The notes beneath the pieces were generated by a model that searched no databases, was not told the DNA's origin, and saw nothing but the letters and a program-made list of their open reading frames with translations. The position numbers and the translations under genes were made by a program. From contig NC_083435.1 in the NCBI RefSeq assembly GCF_020745735.1, positions 8,897,201 to 8,961,200 on the forward strand: a stretch of 64,000 nt of DNA. The letters are read 5' to 3'. The stretch comes from Hemiscyllium ocellatum (lineage: Eukaryota). The stretch's first letter is position 1. Every line of letters begins with the position of its first letter. Of this stretch, positions 1-13,360 are shown in pieces.

Positions 1-94
1 TTCCAGCATATCCAAGAATCTTCCATGCCCTTAACAATCAAATATCTGTCTAACTCTGTCTTAACTTTACCTGAATGCTCATTGAAAAAAGGTA

Positions 95-2465
95 GATGAG
101 TTAACGGCACAAATTGTTGGGAATGAATATGATTTAGTAGGCATTATTGAGACATGGTTACAGGATGATCATGACTGGGAGTTAAATATCATGGGGTACC
201 AGCCTATTCAGAAGGACATACAGAAAGGTAAGGAAGGTGGTGTAGCTCTGACATTCAAGGACGACATCAGGGTGGTGATGAGAGATGATATTGGTTCTCT
301 GGAGAATAAGGTTGAATCTATTTGGGCGAAAATGAGAAATTCTACAAAGGGAAAACCACTGAAAGGCATAGTCTATTGGCCACCAAATAATAATATCACA
401 CTGGGGCGGACAATAAGCAAAAATATAACGAATGCCAATAAAAATAGTACAACAATTATCATGGGGACTTTACCTACATGCCGATTGGTCAAACCAGCTC
501 AGTCAGGATAGCCTTGAGGAGGAGTTCGTTGAGTGTATCCGTGATAGTATCCTTGAAGAGTATGTAATGGGACTGACGAGGGAGCAAGCTATCCTAGATC
601 TGGTCCTGTGCAATGACACAGGAATAATTAATGATATCATAGTCAGGGATCCTCTTGGAAGGAGCGATCACAGTCTGGTTGAATTTAGAATACAGTATAA
701 AGTGTGAAGATAAAATCCAATACCTGGGTCCTGTGCTTAAACAAAGGAGACTACAAGAGGATGAGGGAGGAGTTGGCTAAGTAGACTGGAAGCAAACATT
801 TTATAGTGGGACAGTTGAAGGACAGTGGAGAACTTTCAAAGCAAATTTTCAAAGTGCTCAGCAAAAGTATATCCCAGTGAAAAAGAAGTTCTGTATGAAA
901 TGGGGTAATCTGCCATGGATGTCTAAGGAAATAAGGGAGGCTATCCAATTAAAAGAGAAGGCATACAAAGTGGCCAAAAACAGTGGGGAACGAGATCAGT
1001 CCTCACAGTGGGGGACACGAATAACATGCCAGTGATTGACAAGGAGATGAAGGTAGGTGAGGACCTGGAAACAATCATTATCACAGAAGAGGTAGTGTTA
1101 GGCAAGCTCATGGAGCTAATGGTAGACAAGTCTCCTGGCCCTGATGGAATGCATCCCAGGATAAAAAAGGAGGTGGCAGGGTAATGCACTTGTGATAATT
1201 TTCCAAAATTCACCTGACTCTGGAGCAGTTCCAGCAGATTGGAAAGCAGCAAATATAATGCCACTATTTTAAAAAGGAGGAAGACAGAAGATGGGGTATT
1301 ATAGACTGGTTAGTTTAACTTTTGTAGTGGGGCAGATGCTTGAATCTATTATCAAGGGAGAAATAGCAAGGCATCTCGTTAGAAATTGGCCCATTGGGTA
1401 AACACAACATGAGTCATGCTTAACTAATTTACTGCAATTCTATGGAGTCATTGCAAGTACGATGGACAATGGGGACCCAGTAGATGTGGTGTATCTAAAT
1501 TTCCAAAAGACATTTGACAAGGTGTCATACAAAAGGCTGCTGCATAAGATAATGATGCAAGGCACTACAGGCAATGGATTAGCATTATTAGAGGATTGGT
1601 TAACTAACAGGAAGCAAAGAGTGGGGATGATTAATGCTTTTCTGATTGGTGATCAGTGACTATTGGTGTGCCTCAGGGATCAGTGTTGAGACTGTAGTTA
1701 TTCACAATTTATCTAGATGATTTGGAGTTGGGGACCATGTGTAGTGTGTCAAAGTTTGTGGATGACACTAAGATGAGTGGCAGAGCAAACTGAGCAGAGA
1801 ACTGTGAAACTTTGCAAAGGGACATACATAGTTTAAATGAGTGAGCAAAGGTCTGGCAGATGGAGTGTAATGTTAATAAATGTGAAGTCATCCATTTTGT
1901 TAGGAGTAACAGTAAAATGATTATTACTTGAATGGTAAAGAATTGCAGCACGCTGCTGTGCAGAGGGACCTGGGTGTCCTTGTGCATGAATCACTGAAGG
2001 TTGGTCTGCAGGTATAAAAGGTAATTGAGAAGGCAAATGGAATTTTATTCTTCATTGCTAAAGGGATTGTGTTTAAAAGCAGAGAGGGAATGTTACAGCT
2101 GTACGAGGTGCTGGTGAGGCCACACCTGGAGTACTGTGTGCAGTTTTGGGCTCCTTACCTGGAGGGGGAGCAGAGGGGGTTCACTAGGTTGATTCCAGAG
2201 TTGAGGGGGTTGGCTTATGAGGAGAGACTGAGTAGACTTGGATTATGCGCATTGGAATTTAGAAGAATAAGTGGTGATCTTATAAAACATACAAAATTAT
2301 GAAGGGAATAGATAAGATAGAAGTAGAGAGGATGTTTCCACTGGCAGGGGAAGCTGGAATAAGAGGGCATAGCCTCAAAATTAGGAGGAGCAGATTTAGG
2401 ACTGAATTGAGAAGAGACTTTTTCACCAGAGAGTTATGAATCTGTGGAATTCCCTGCCCAGTGAA
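95..2465 (+). mobile_element. CR1-clade LINE, degenerate ORF2 (APE endonuclease, RT, 3' end)
   Basis: Fragmented ORFs carry CR1 motifs: EQAILDLVLCN, DPLGRSDH, SPGPDGMHPR, VDVVYLNFQKTFDKV, LVRPHLEYCVQFWAPY. There are many stops and frameshifts. Confidence 0.9.
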
Positions 2466-2479
2466 GTCATTGGGACTTC

Positions 2480-2760
2480 CTCAGTAAATCCTCATCTCTC
2501 TCTTAAATGGGTGATGCATTATTTATGAACTATGACCCCTCGTTCTAGATTCTTCCACAGGAGGAAATATCTATTCTACATCCACCTGGTTAAGTCCTCT
2601 CAGGATTCTATATATTTCAGTTACATCACTTTTAACCTTTTGAAACTCAGGAGGAAACATGCGTAGCCTATCTCGCCTTTTATCCTTATGAGACAATCTG
2701 TTCCTTCCATGAGTCTGATAAACTTCTCTGAATTGCTTCCGACACATAAGCACAATGTAG
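2480..2760 (-). mobile_element. CR1 3' fragment
   Basis: The minus frame reads KSDVTEIYRILRGLNQVDVE, matching the CR1 ORF2 C-terminal motif RGDLIEVYKI. Confidence 0.7.
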
Positions 2761-2829
2761 TATCGCCAATCTTTAAAAAATCTTTTTTTAAAAATTATCT
2801 CCACCATATCGGACATAAAAGTTCTTTAA

Positions 2830-3078
2830 AAAAATTTACATCTCCTTCCCACCAGTCTGCTCCACCCTCCTCTCCAACCTATCACTTTTCCCCTCACCTT
2901 CATCTACCTATCACATTCCCAACTACCTACCCCCCACCCCCACCTCCCTTCCATTTATCTCTCAGCCCCCGGCCCACCAGCCTCATTCCTGATAAGGGCT
3001 TATGCTTGAAACATCGATTCTTCTGCTCCTCAGATGCTGCCTGACCTGCTGTGCTTTTCTTGCACCACACTCTCAACA
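2830..3078 (+). mobile_element. Penelope-like element 3' terminal repeat (pLTR), decayed
   Basis: Sequence cattcctgataagggcttatgcttgaaacatcgattcttctgctcctcagatgctgcctgacctgctg; the same family recurs at 8475, 21140 and 41550. Confidence 0.75.
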
Positions 3079-4384
3079 GAATCACAAATGTCCTCCATAA
3101 TAGAAGCATAATCTCCTTACTCCTGCATTCAATTCTCTTCAAAATAAAACATAACATTCTGTTAGCTTTCTTGATTATTTGCTGTATCTGTCACTAACTT
3201 TCTGTGATACATTCACTAAGGCACCCAGATCTCTCTGCATCTAGAGCTCTGCAATCTTTCACCATGCTTTTTTTATTCTTTGTGCCAAATGGTCAGTTTC
3301 AATCTTTCCCTCATTATACTCCATTTGCTAGTTAAATTTATTCCCTCATGGGAATCAGAATTATCCTCCATGTTACTATCTCTTCTTTATCCTTTCTTCT
3401 AAAATTTCTCTGAACAAACCATATTGTCTGATTTCTTAGGCAGTTTGGCGTACAAGCTTTTTAAATTCCATTTCCTGTCCTACTGCTCTAGCTTTCTCCT
3501 GTTTTGCCAGTACAAGTTTTATTATTGCCCCAGTTCTGAGGAAGGGTCACTGACTCTGATTTCTCTTCACAGGTGCTGCTAGACCTGCTGAGTTTTTCCA
3601 GTGATTTCTGTTTTGGGTTCTGATTTTCAGCATCTGCAATTCTTTCAGTTTTGATTAGTGCCCCTTGTGTTTCCGGTTCTTTCTCCTCCCTTTCTATTGT
3701 TCTTTTCGTTCTTTATCTTTTCCATTTTTTTTTGTTTTTGTTTTTCCTCTCTTCTGATTTCTCTATCATTGTCTTTTACTTCCAATTCAAGATTTTTAAA
3801 ACTTTGTCATGGAAATAGAAGTAATTCTAGTATTAATGCATACATTTCTGATTTTTTTTTAACTTTACATGCTGGATAATCATTTTAAGTATCTCATCCT
3901 TACAAAATTCTATTTTTATCTCAATTTCAATTTACTTTAAATTTAAATGCTAGCTCTCAGATTAACCTCAGTCAAAGGTTTCTAATAATCCACTGTTATA
4001 GTTTCTGCTCGTAGACAAGTCTCAGCAACAGTCAAAACCATTTTGAATGACTAACCCATGTAATAGACCACTCAACAACTTTCTTGTTGTTATGTCCAGT
4101 GCATCTACATGTTTACTTCTTTAAAAATTCACAGCTCCTCTTAAATACAATGGTCTTCTCCCCCATCAAAAGCACCCACATTATTCTGATTCCAGTGTAT
4201 CACAGAGTCAAACTTGGAGTGATTGACCATACTTTGTATTTTTGCTGTAGATTACAATGGAGGTCAGTCACTGAGCATATTCAAAAAGAAGCTGTTTATG
4301 TATTTTTAATGAAAGAACATAAGGCTATTACACAAATAAGAAAAAAATGCTGTACATATACAATGATTTGGAAAGATCTTCTCA

Positions 4385-4765
4385 TAGAGTCAGAATCATA
4401 GAGTCAGAGAGTCATACAGTACTGAAACAGACCCTTCTTCCAACTATTCCATGGCAAACAAAATCCCAAACCAAATTAGTCCCACCTGCCTGCTTCTGGC
4501 CTATTTCCCTCCAAACCATTTCAATTCATCTATTTATCCACATGGTGTTGTAATTGCACCAATCAGAAAGTTCTTTCCACACACAAACACTCTGTGTAAA
4601 AAAATTACCCCTCATGTTTTCTTTAAATATCACTCCTCTCACCTTAAAATGTGCCCCCTAGTCTTGAAATCCCCCATCCTAGGGGAAGGACAACTACCAT
4701 TAACCTTATCTATACCTCTCACTATTTTACAAACTTCTATAAGGTCACCTCTGAACCTCGAGTGA
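4385..4765 (-). mobile_element. CR1 3' end fragment
   Basis: Typical CR1 3' UTR (catagagtcatacagtactgaaacagacccttc) followed by ORF2 C-terminal sequence on the minus strand. Confidence 0.75.
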
Positions 4766-5344
4766 AAGTAGTCCCATGAAAAGCAAAAAATAATTAGCTT
4801 TTTCCCATTCTTTGAAAATATTCTTTGAAAATAATGAATCCCAGTGAAGTACCATTTCTTATTTAATCTTTAATTGACAAATTGCAAAACAAATGTTCTT
4901 TGCAGTAAATTTCTAGGCATTCACCTGGTGTGATTTTCTTCCTCTCCCCCACCAAGACACAAACAAAAGATCATTCACAAACTTTTCTCATTGAACTGTA
5001 AAATCTGAACTTTTTTATACTTTGGCAAAGTGGGAACTTTGCCAGATTTCTTGGAGGGTTTCTCCCTCTGAGGTCAAGCGTGGTTTCTCACACCATCTTA
5101 TCAACTGGAGCCTTTCGCCCCCAAAATACAAACAAAATGCTTGTATGATGATCAACAACTTTATTACCGTTCAGGATTGTTTCCAGAATCTAGTTCTCAT
5201 CCTCTGGCATGGGTGTCTATCAAATCCCGTCTGGACTGGAGCAACTGATGTTGCTGAACTCTGACCCTCATAATATCCTGATCTTCCTCCTTGGACAACT
5301 GCTCTCATACATCCAGGTCCTCAGCGACTAGCACATTCCCTTAC

Positions 5345-6430
5345 TGCCTGCTTCAATTGTGCAGAGCACAGGACCCTAGGATGATGGTATTACTCTGTCT
5401 AGAGGATTTTGCAGCCCACCCACCACCCAGACTGTTCCAAGAAGCAGATCTGGAGGCCTTTTGTCTGCCCTGCCATGGCCCTGGTTGAAATATGGCCTGA
5501 CATTCTACATCTGTCCACCACAGTCAGGGGGTTGAGCAGTGGTGTCATCAGCCAGAACCACAGTGGGTAGGCCTTGTCCCCTAGGAACCAGCTTGTAGGG
5601 CACCTGGGCCCTCAGACACAGCAGGGACATGAGAGTGCTCCAGGGTGTAGAAACCATGGCAGCTCCCAGGGTACTGGGGACACACCTTCAGGAAGTGGGA
5701 CTGGTGATTCCAGACAATCTGTATATTAATTGATTGGAAGCACTTCCTATTGATGAACTCCACTGCATTGTCATATCGCCCTCTCAGTGGGACATGACTA
5801 CAGCTGATGGTGCCCTGTAGCAGGGGAAGACAGCGGTGTTCCTGAATCCTACTGCCTGGGCTGAAGGACTGACCTTGACATGGGGAAATGAGAGGAACTG
5901 CTGAGATCTTGTACAGATGGCACTGATCCATTTGTGGGTGGGTGACTGAGAGATCCCGCACAGATCCCCAGTGGCTCCCTGGAAGAAGCCAAACACATCG
6001 AGGTACCACACAGTTGTCCCCTTCTCAGACACCAGAAGAGGATGGGCCCATAACTCCTCAGCTCTCAGGGCCCGATCCAGCAGCTGGGACAATTCAGTCA
6101 CGAGGTCCCGGGGCAAACAGAGGCTGCACTGACATTGCGCCTTGCTCATCCTGAGGAAATAGAACTGAGGGTGAAAGACTCGGGCCTTAATGTCTCAGGA
6201 CCCTGCAATTGTAACCTCTGCCTGAACTGGAGGCCTTTCACCCTCTGAGGCAGCTGCTGTTCCCACGATTCCTGCTGTTCCCGGGACCACTGCTGTACCT
6301 GGGATTGCTGATGTTCTCAGGATCATTGTTATTCCCAGGATTGCTGCTGTTCCTGGGATCACTGTTATTTCCAGGATCACTGGTGTTCCTGGGATCACTG
6401 TTATTCCCTGGATCACTGCTGGTATTCCTG
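5345..6430 (-). mobile_element. PIF/Harbinger DDE transposase (HARBI1-like) pseudogene
   Basis: Minus-strand frames give GFFQGATGDLCGISQS, EFINRKCFQSINIQIV, YPGSCH and WFLGDKAYPLWFWLMTPL, the motif order of the Harbinger nuclease. The first catalytic Asp (IDCTH) reads ISCSH, and the frame is broken. Confidence 0.85.
6255..6425. repeat. 18-bp tandem repeat (about 9 copies) inside the Harbinger transposase N-terminal region
   Basis: Unit ctg(c/t)t(g/a)ttcctgggatca repeated with variants. Confidence 0.85.
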
Positions 6431-7149
6431 CTCCTCCTTCTGAGCAAAGTAACTGCTGTGAGCAGCATCCCACCTCTGTCTGGATCCGTCCGTCTGGCTG
6501 GAAATAATCCGTGTTGGGAATGTAAGGAACAGAACAGGTTCCCAGTTTGGAACAGAGTCAGTGCTGCCTTCCCCTGCAGACACCAACTGCACACACTCCC
6601 CAGACAATGAGACATGAGGCTCCCTGACAATGAGGGCCACAAATGGTGTTATGGAGTCACTTTGTGATCGGCACCTACTTGGTACAGACTCTCTGCTGGC
6701 TCAGTGACAAACACATTGCTGTATATCAGGAGGGCACCATGTGTTCTGAATCCTTCTCATCCCAGCACAGCATCATCCATGAAAGTCATCATTACACCCA
6801 GTGACATACAGTGCAATACCCTCAGTGAAGGGCAGATGGAGAGGGAACTGGTTCCAGGCCCCCAGAACCTTGGGAAGTGCTGTCTGTTCTGTATCGATTG
6901 TGGCTCATATCCACCTCTGGTAAAGTTGGTGGTGGTTAACTCTGCTTCATCGAGATGTCTATGTGTAGGTCCAATGACATGGTTGCCATGGCAAGTAACC
7001 ACTTGTGGACCTCAAAGTGTTTCCCACTGCACGTATCTCACATGCACAATGATAGGATTGCAAATGAGATGAAGCTGCATTCTGTAATGCCATGGTTGGT
7101 TCTTTTGCCTCTTCAATGTTCTCCTGTTGAGCAGAAGTGAAACCCGTGC

Positions 7150-7530
7150 TTTTGCCCATCAAAGTGGCACTGTCTCCAAACACCCCTGGCATTGACCCAG
7201 GCGCCTTCTATTTGTTGGTCACTTTGAGCAGATGGCAGGTGATGGCAGTGACTGCAGCTCGGGCTGTACCCCATAGCCCCCAGACCTGGCCTAATTGTAC
7301 AACCCCCCGTCCCCTCCCCGCGAGCCCAGACAGCCCTGTCCCACCCATCCCCATGTGGTCACTTGCCACATAGAACTCGGCCTTGGGTTTTCCTCCTTGC
7401 CCCCTGAGCCCCAACATTGATTCTCACCGTGATCCTGTACCATCACAGTGGTGGGCACTGTCAATAACTCCTGCCCTGTAACATTTCCATTCTGCACTAC
7501 CCCCTCCAGGACAGCTTTCCTCCCTGTCAC
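7150..7530 (-). pseudogene. Possible Myb/SANT-like second ORF remnant of the Harbinger element
   Basis: The minus frame contains EGAWVNARGVWRQC, weakly like the Myb/SANT W..V..xVNA....R...QC motif. It lies upstream of, and on the same strand as, the transposase. Confidence 0.3.
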
Positions 7531-8474
7531 TATCCTGTTCCCAATTCAGAACATGCTGCTGTCCACATCCCACATGTCAAGTACCCCACTCCCTATCAGT
7601 GCAGTGACGCCTTTCCACTCCAGCCTTCCTTCTGCCCCCTGCCAATGTACAGACCCCTAGGACTGACTGCTTTCCACCCACAATTGATTTTGATGGTGAT
7701 CCCCAGGTAAAGACTGACCAGAGCCCAGCCACTCTCCTTCCAGCTCCCTGACTGACACTGTGTGAGTCCCTTCACTGCTTACAGTGGCCCAATAGGACTG
7801 ACTGTGGCTCTCTCCCCAGTCTGACACTGACAGGAGACTCAATTGTGAGGGGTCAGACAGGAGATTCTGTGGCTACAGAAACAGGATATTGTGTTGCCTC
7901 CCTGGTGTCAGGGTCAAGGATGTCTCTGAGTAGTTGCAGAACATTCTGAAGGGGGAGGATGAACTGCCAGAGGTCATTGTGCCAAAGGGATGGTGTCCGG
8001 CAGAATGAGTATAGGGGAGTTAGGTAAGAAGTTAAAAAGCAGGACCTCAAGAGTCGTGAACTCCATGTTACTCCCAGTGCCATGTCTCAGTGAAGATCGA
8101 AATAGAACGATAGGCCAGCTGAGGAGCTGGTGCAGAGGGCAGGTTTTCAGTTCTTGGATCATTGCGATCTCTTTTGGGATAGAGGTGACTTGTACCAGAG
8201 GGACAGGTTACACTTGAACTAGAGGGGTCCAATATCCTTGTTGAGGAGGTTTGCTAATGTTACCCTGGAGGGTTTAAACTAGTTTGTCAGAGGTGTTGGG
8301 ACTCTGAATAAGAGAGGGGCCATTGAGAAGTCAGAGCAAAAGACATCAGCCATCAAGAGCAAGTTTACCATTCAGGATAGCCATGGGCACAGGAAAGGGA
8401 GGGAAAAGATATTTGATTTAAAGTGCATTTATTTCAACACACAAGGCCTGACTGGTAAGGCAGATGAGCTCAGA

Positions 8475-8580
8475 TTTCTGATTCCTGTATTCCTGATGAA
8501 GGGCTTTTGCCCAAAACGTCGATTTTCCTGCTCCTTGGATGCTGTCTGAACTGCTGTGCTTTTCCAGCACCACTCTAATC
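8475..8580 (+). mobile_element. Penelope-like pLTR-only insertion in CR1, with a 14-bp TSD
   Basis: Flanked by cagatgagctcaga at 8461-8474 and 8581-8594. Removing it restores the CR1 reading GKADELRARIG. Confidence 0.9.
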
Positions 8581-10618
8581 CAGATGAGCTCAGAGCAAGG
8601 ATTGGGAACTGGAATATTATAGCCATAACAGAAACATGGCTGAGAGAAGGGCAGAACTGGCAGCTCAGTGTTCCAGGATACAGAATTTATAAGTGTGACA
8701 GAAGACAAGTGAGTGAGGAAGGGGAGTTACCCTTTTGATAAGGGAGAACACAACAACAGTACTTCGAGAGGATATTCTTAAGGGGCCTTCAAATTAGGCC
8801 ATATTGTTAAAACTTAGAAACAATAGGGGTATGGTCACTCTATTGGAACTGTATTATAGACTCCAAATAGCCAGGAGGTAGTAGAGGAGCAGATGTGTAG
8901 TGAGATTGCAGGTACCTGTAGGGATATCAGAGTAGTATGATTTGGAGATGTTAATTTCCCCTGTATTGACTGGGCCACCCAAAGCATAAAAGGCCTGGAC
9001 ATGGTGGATCTTTTCAAATGTGTCCAATAAAGTTTCCGAAATCAACATGTAGAGAGCCCCACTCAGGAGGGTGCAACACTGGACCTCCTGTTAGGAAATG
9101 AGGGCGGGCAAATGGCTCAAGTATCTGACTGAAAGCACTTTGGGTTCAGTGACCATTACACTCTCAGTTTTAACATAATTATAGGGAAAGATGGGAGAAG
9201 TCCACAGGTTAAAGTGCTAATCTGAAGCAAGGCCAATTTTGAGGCCATTACGCAGGATCTAGCCGTGATTGATTGGGTGAGTCTGTTTGAAGGAAAAGGA
9301 ATGAGTGGTGAATGGGAGGCTTTTAAAAGTGTGATATCAAGAGTCCAGGGACAGTCTATCCTTGTTAGGGTGATGGGAAAAGCTGGCAGATTCAGGGATC
9401 CCTGGCTGACAAGGAATGTTGAGGCTCTGGCTAGGAAAAAGAAGAAGGCATACTTTGGGTTTAAGTTATTGGGCACAAGTGAATCCCGAAATGACTGTAA
9501 AATGTGTAAGAGCACAGTTAAGAGGGAAATCAGAACAAAAAGAGGATATGAGATGGATTTGGCAGATAAGGTTAAAGATAATCCCAAGAGTTTCCATAGC
9601 TATATTAAGAGTAAAAGGATAGCTAGGGAGAGAATAGGTCCCCTCAAATATCAGCATGAACATCTCTGTGTGGAGCCACAGGAGATGTGGGGAAATTTTA
9701 ATGAATATTTCTCCTCAGTGTTTATTGAGTAGAGATTCATGGATGCTAAGGAGATAAGGGAAACAAGAGGGAATGTTTTGGACCACATACATACTACCAG
9801 AGAGGAGGTGTTTGCAGCCTTCCAGCACATTCAGATGGATAAATCCCCTCGGACTGATCAAGTCCATCCTCAGATGTTGTGGGAGGCTAGGGAAGAAATT
9901 GCAGAGGCCTTTGCAGAGATTTTTGCTTCATCTTTACCCTCTGGTGTAGTTCTGGAAGACTAGAGGGTGGCTAACGGAGTTCCAATGTTTAAGAAAGGTA
10001 ACAAAGACAAGCCAGGGAACAACTGGCCAGTGAGCCTGACATCAGTGGTAGGCATGTTTTTGGGGAGGATACTGATGGACAAGATCAACCAACGTTTGGA
10101 TAGTCAAGGTCTGATTCGGGCTGGCCAGCATGGATTAGTGCACAGGAAGTCATGTCTGACAAATATTTGCAGAGATTTTTTGAAGAGGTAACCAAGAGGA
10201 TAAATGAGGATAGGGTAATGGATGTTGTCTATCTGGACTTCAGTAAGGCCTTTGGCACGATCCTGCACGGCAGGCTAATTATGAAGGTTAGGTCACATTG
10301 GATTCAAAATTGGCTTGATGATAGGAAGCAGCGGGTGATGGTTGAAGGTTGTTTCTCGGACTGGAGGCCTGTGGTATGTTCCAGAGGTTGGTGCTGGGCC
10401 CTTTGTTATTTGTTATTTACATAAATGATCCAGTTGTGAATATACAAGACATGAGTAGTAAGTGTGAATGATACAAAATTAGGAGGTATCATTGATAGTG
10501 AGGAAGATTATCAAAAATTATAGAGGGATTTTGGTCAGATTGGGAAGTGGGCTGAGGATTGGCAAATGGAATTCAATACCGAGAAATGTGAGGTGTTTCA
10601 CTTTCTAATGCCAACCTG

Positions 10619-10938
10619 AGATGGCTCAGTGGTGAGTACTGCTGCCTCACAGCACCAGGGACCCAGGTTCGATTCCCGCCTCGGGCAACTGTCTGTGTGG
10701 AGTTTGCACATTCTCCCCATGTCAGAGTGAGTTTCCTCTGGGTGCTCTGCTTTCCTCCCACGGTCCAAAGATGTGCAGGTCAGGTGAATTGGCCATAGTG
10801 CTCAAGGATAGGTTAAAAGTGCATTAGTCAGGGGTAAATGTAGAGTAATAGGGAATGGATCTGGGTGGGTGATTCTGCAGAGGATCGATGTGGACTTGCT
10901 GGGACGAAGGGCCTGTTTCCACATTGCAAGGATTCTAT
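10619..10938 (+). mobile_element. HE1-type (V-SINE) tRNA-derived SINE inserted in CR1
   Basis: A box (tggctcagtggt), B box (ggttcgattcc), central ctgtgtggagtttgcacattctcccc domain, and 3' ggcctgtttccac. Confidence 0.85.
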
Positions 10939-12240
10939 GAGGTAAATGATAAGGTCCTGCTGAGTGCTGTGGAACAGAGGGACCTAGGAGTACAAGTACA
11001 TAGTTCGTTGAAAGTGGCGTCAAATTTGACAGGGTGGTGAAGAAGGCATTTAGCTGCTGGCCTTCATTGGTTGAGGTATTGAGTATCAGAGTTGGAACAT
11101 TATGTTACAGTTCTAAAGGTCATTGGGAGGCTGCACTCGGAGTGTTGTGTACAGTTTTGGTCACCCTGTTGTAGGGACGACACAGTTAAACTGGAAAGAG
11201 AGCAAAGAAGATTTACAAGGATGTTGCCAGGACTAGGAGACAGGAGTTATAGGGAGAGGTTGGGCAAGATAGGATTTATTCCTTAGAACGTAATAGAATG
11301 AGAGGTGACCTTATTGAGGTGTACAAATTCATAGATGGGATGAATGTAGATAGTCTTTTTCCCAGGGATGGGGGATTGAAAACTAGAGGGCATGTGTTTA
11401 AGGGGAGAGGTGAAAGATTGAAGAAGGATCTGAGGGGCAACTTCTTCACAGAGAATGGTGCATTTGTGGAATGGGCTGCCAGAGAAAGTGGTTAAGGCAG
11501 GTAGAAAGCAATATTTAAAAAACAGCATTTGGATTGGTACATGGATGGGAAGGTTTTAGAGGGATATGGACGAAATGTGGGCAATTGGAACTAGCTGAGT
11601 GGACACCATGGTCAACATGGACCAGTTTGGGCCAAAGGGCAGGTTTCCATGCTGAATTACTCTCTGAGTCTTTGACTGTACTCAGACAGAGCCCCTGACT
11701 GTCACTGCCTCAAGGAGATGATTGACTGTGGCCTGGCCTCTGGATTGTGTGCAGACCCTGCCTGAACTGACAGTACTGAGGCTCACTGACTGAGACCAGC
11801 CCCCTCCCTACTCCCTGGATTCAATGGAGGTCTACCTGCCCCCATTCATCCCCACAGACATGGCCATTTGGGTGAAAAATGATGCATGTGTTTGACCTGC
11901 AGGCAGCTGGTACATTCCGTAGGTGAGAGATTGGTGTAGTGCCATGCCATACAGCAAGATGGCCATCATCCGGACTGATCCTGACTGACAGACATGACCC
12001 GCAGCCTGGCTGTGTCTGCACTAAACTGTAAATCAATACAGCAAGGCAGAGAGATTTTAGGGTCGGGATGATGCATCAATGCACTAAAAGGCAAGGCAAG
12101 GCAAGAATGCTGAGAGCATCCAGGTAGGTAGGTGTGATGTGAGGGAGCACTAAGAGGTTCAGCTCATTAATAGACAGAATCCTGTCTTGATCCCATGTTT
12201 GAACTCTGTTTGAAAATGCCGCAGGTTGCTCCTGACACTG

Positions 12241-12553
12241 ATTAGATTAGATTCTTTACAGAGTGGAAACACGCCCTTCGGCCCAACAAGTCTATCCTGC
12301 CCCTCCGAAGAGAAACCCACCCAAACCTATTCCCCTACCCTATATTTTTACCCCTGACTAACACACCTAACACTATGGGTAATTTAGCATGGCCAATTCA
12401 CCTGAGCTGCACATCTTTGGACTGTGGGAGGAAACCGGAGCACCCGGAGGAAACCCATACAGACGCGGGGAGAATGTGCAAACTCCACACAGACAGGCAG
12501 GAATCGAACCCAAGACCCTGGTGCTGTGAGGCAGCAGTGCTAACCACTGAGCC
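12241..12553 (-). mobile_element. HE1-type SINE
   Basis: Reverse complement of the same SINE, with an (aatct)n tail seen as attagattagatt. Confidence 0.9.
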
Positions 12554-12766
12554 TGGAGAAAGGCCTCACTGGATCTCTCCCAAGACTCTCGGAGATTTCT
12601 CACCACAGCCCACATGCTTCAGATCCCTGTAAGATTCCTGAGAGAAAAATTCAGGGTTTTTTCCAGTGAGTTTGATGACTTTGTGGCAACTAACAGCACG
12701 TCTGCTGGAATGGATCTTCTGATTTAAATCTTTCTCTAGCCTCTGGCCTCTCTCTCTCTGGGTCAG

Positions 12767-12808
12767 AAAAGCAGAACTTAATGACAACTACAGCAACTAA
12801 CTCACCAG
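12767..12808 (+). CDS. Candidate 42-bp phase 1-1 micro-exon of the plus-strand BTN-like gene (EKQNLMTTTATNSP)
   Basis: Pyrimidine tract ctctctctctctgggtcag, donor ccag|gtaact, open in phase 1. No homolog was seen in the minus gene, so it may be chance. Confidence 0.2.
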
Positions 12809-13360
12809 GTAACTTACCGAGTCAGTTAGCTTAAGTCACATGATTTCTTGCAAATGCTGTTAAACGAAATGAGTTTCAGGTATTTAATAAAAGCCACTCT
12901 TGAAAATTAAAAACCCAAAATTTAGAACCCAAATCTCCAACTAATTCCAACAAAAATATCCAAATCTTCATCACAGAAGTGAAAACTCTGTGGCTGCTGA
13001 TCCTGCAACGGGGTTTCCAATGAGACATGAGAACATCAATACAAGTTGAAGTAACAATGTCACAGACTTTCCCACTGCACTGACCCCATCCCCTAACTCC
13101 CAACACCCACACCCTGACCCACCACTGCCTTAACAGTTTGGGGCTCTTTTTACTGAAGTGAGTCCAGAAATGTTTGGAATGGAGATACCCACCCCAGCAG
13201 TGGTCATAAAACTTCAACTCTGAACTTCCAATTTGTAATGAGCAATGCCACTTAAAGACGACCTGTCATATTTTAAAATGTCAAGACATTTTTTTTTGTT
13301 GAATAATTTCTGTTCTTATCACAGCAAGTTGTTCATTGTATGTATTGTTTCTGTTTCCAG

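Larger units (their letters stand above)
7660..11660 (+). mobile_element. Near full-length decayed CR1 LINE (ORF1 SGNH/esterase part plus ORF2 EN-RT)
   Basis: ORF1 remnant GDSIV...CCLPGVRVKDVSE at 7840-8000. ORF2 motifs NIIAITETWL, SPRTDQVHP, DVVYLDFSKAF, HSECCVQFWSP and RGDLIEVYK. Two younger inserts interrupt it. Confidence 0.9.

Noticed and set aside
6238-6642. Overlapping 92-134 aa ORFs on both strands
   Set aside because: They are produced by the 18-bp repeat within the Harbinger fossil; no independent gene evidence.
10619-10700. tRNA genes at the SINE heads (also 12480-12553, 30521-30600, 48897-48970)
   Set aside because: They have A/B boxes but no complete cloverleaf, and they continue into the SINE body.
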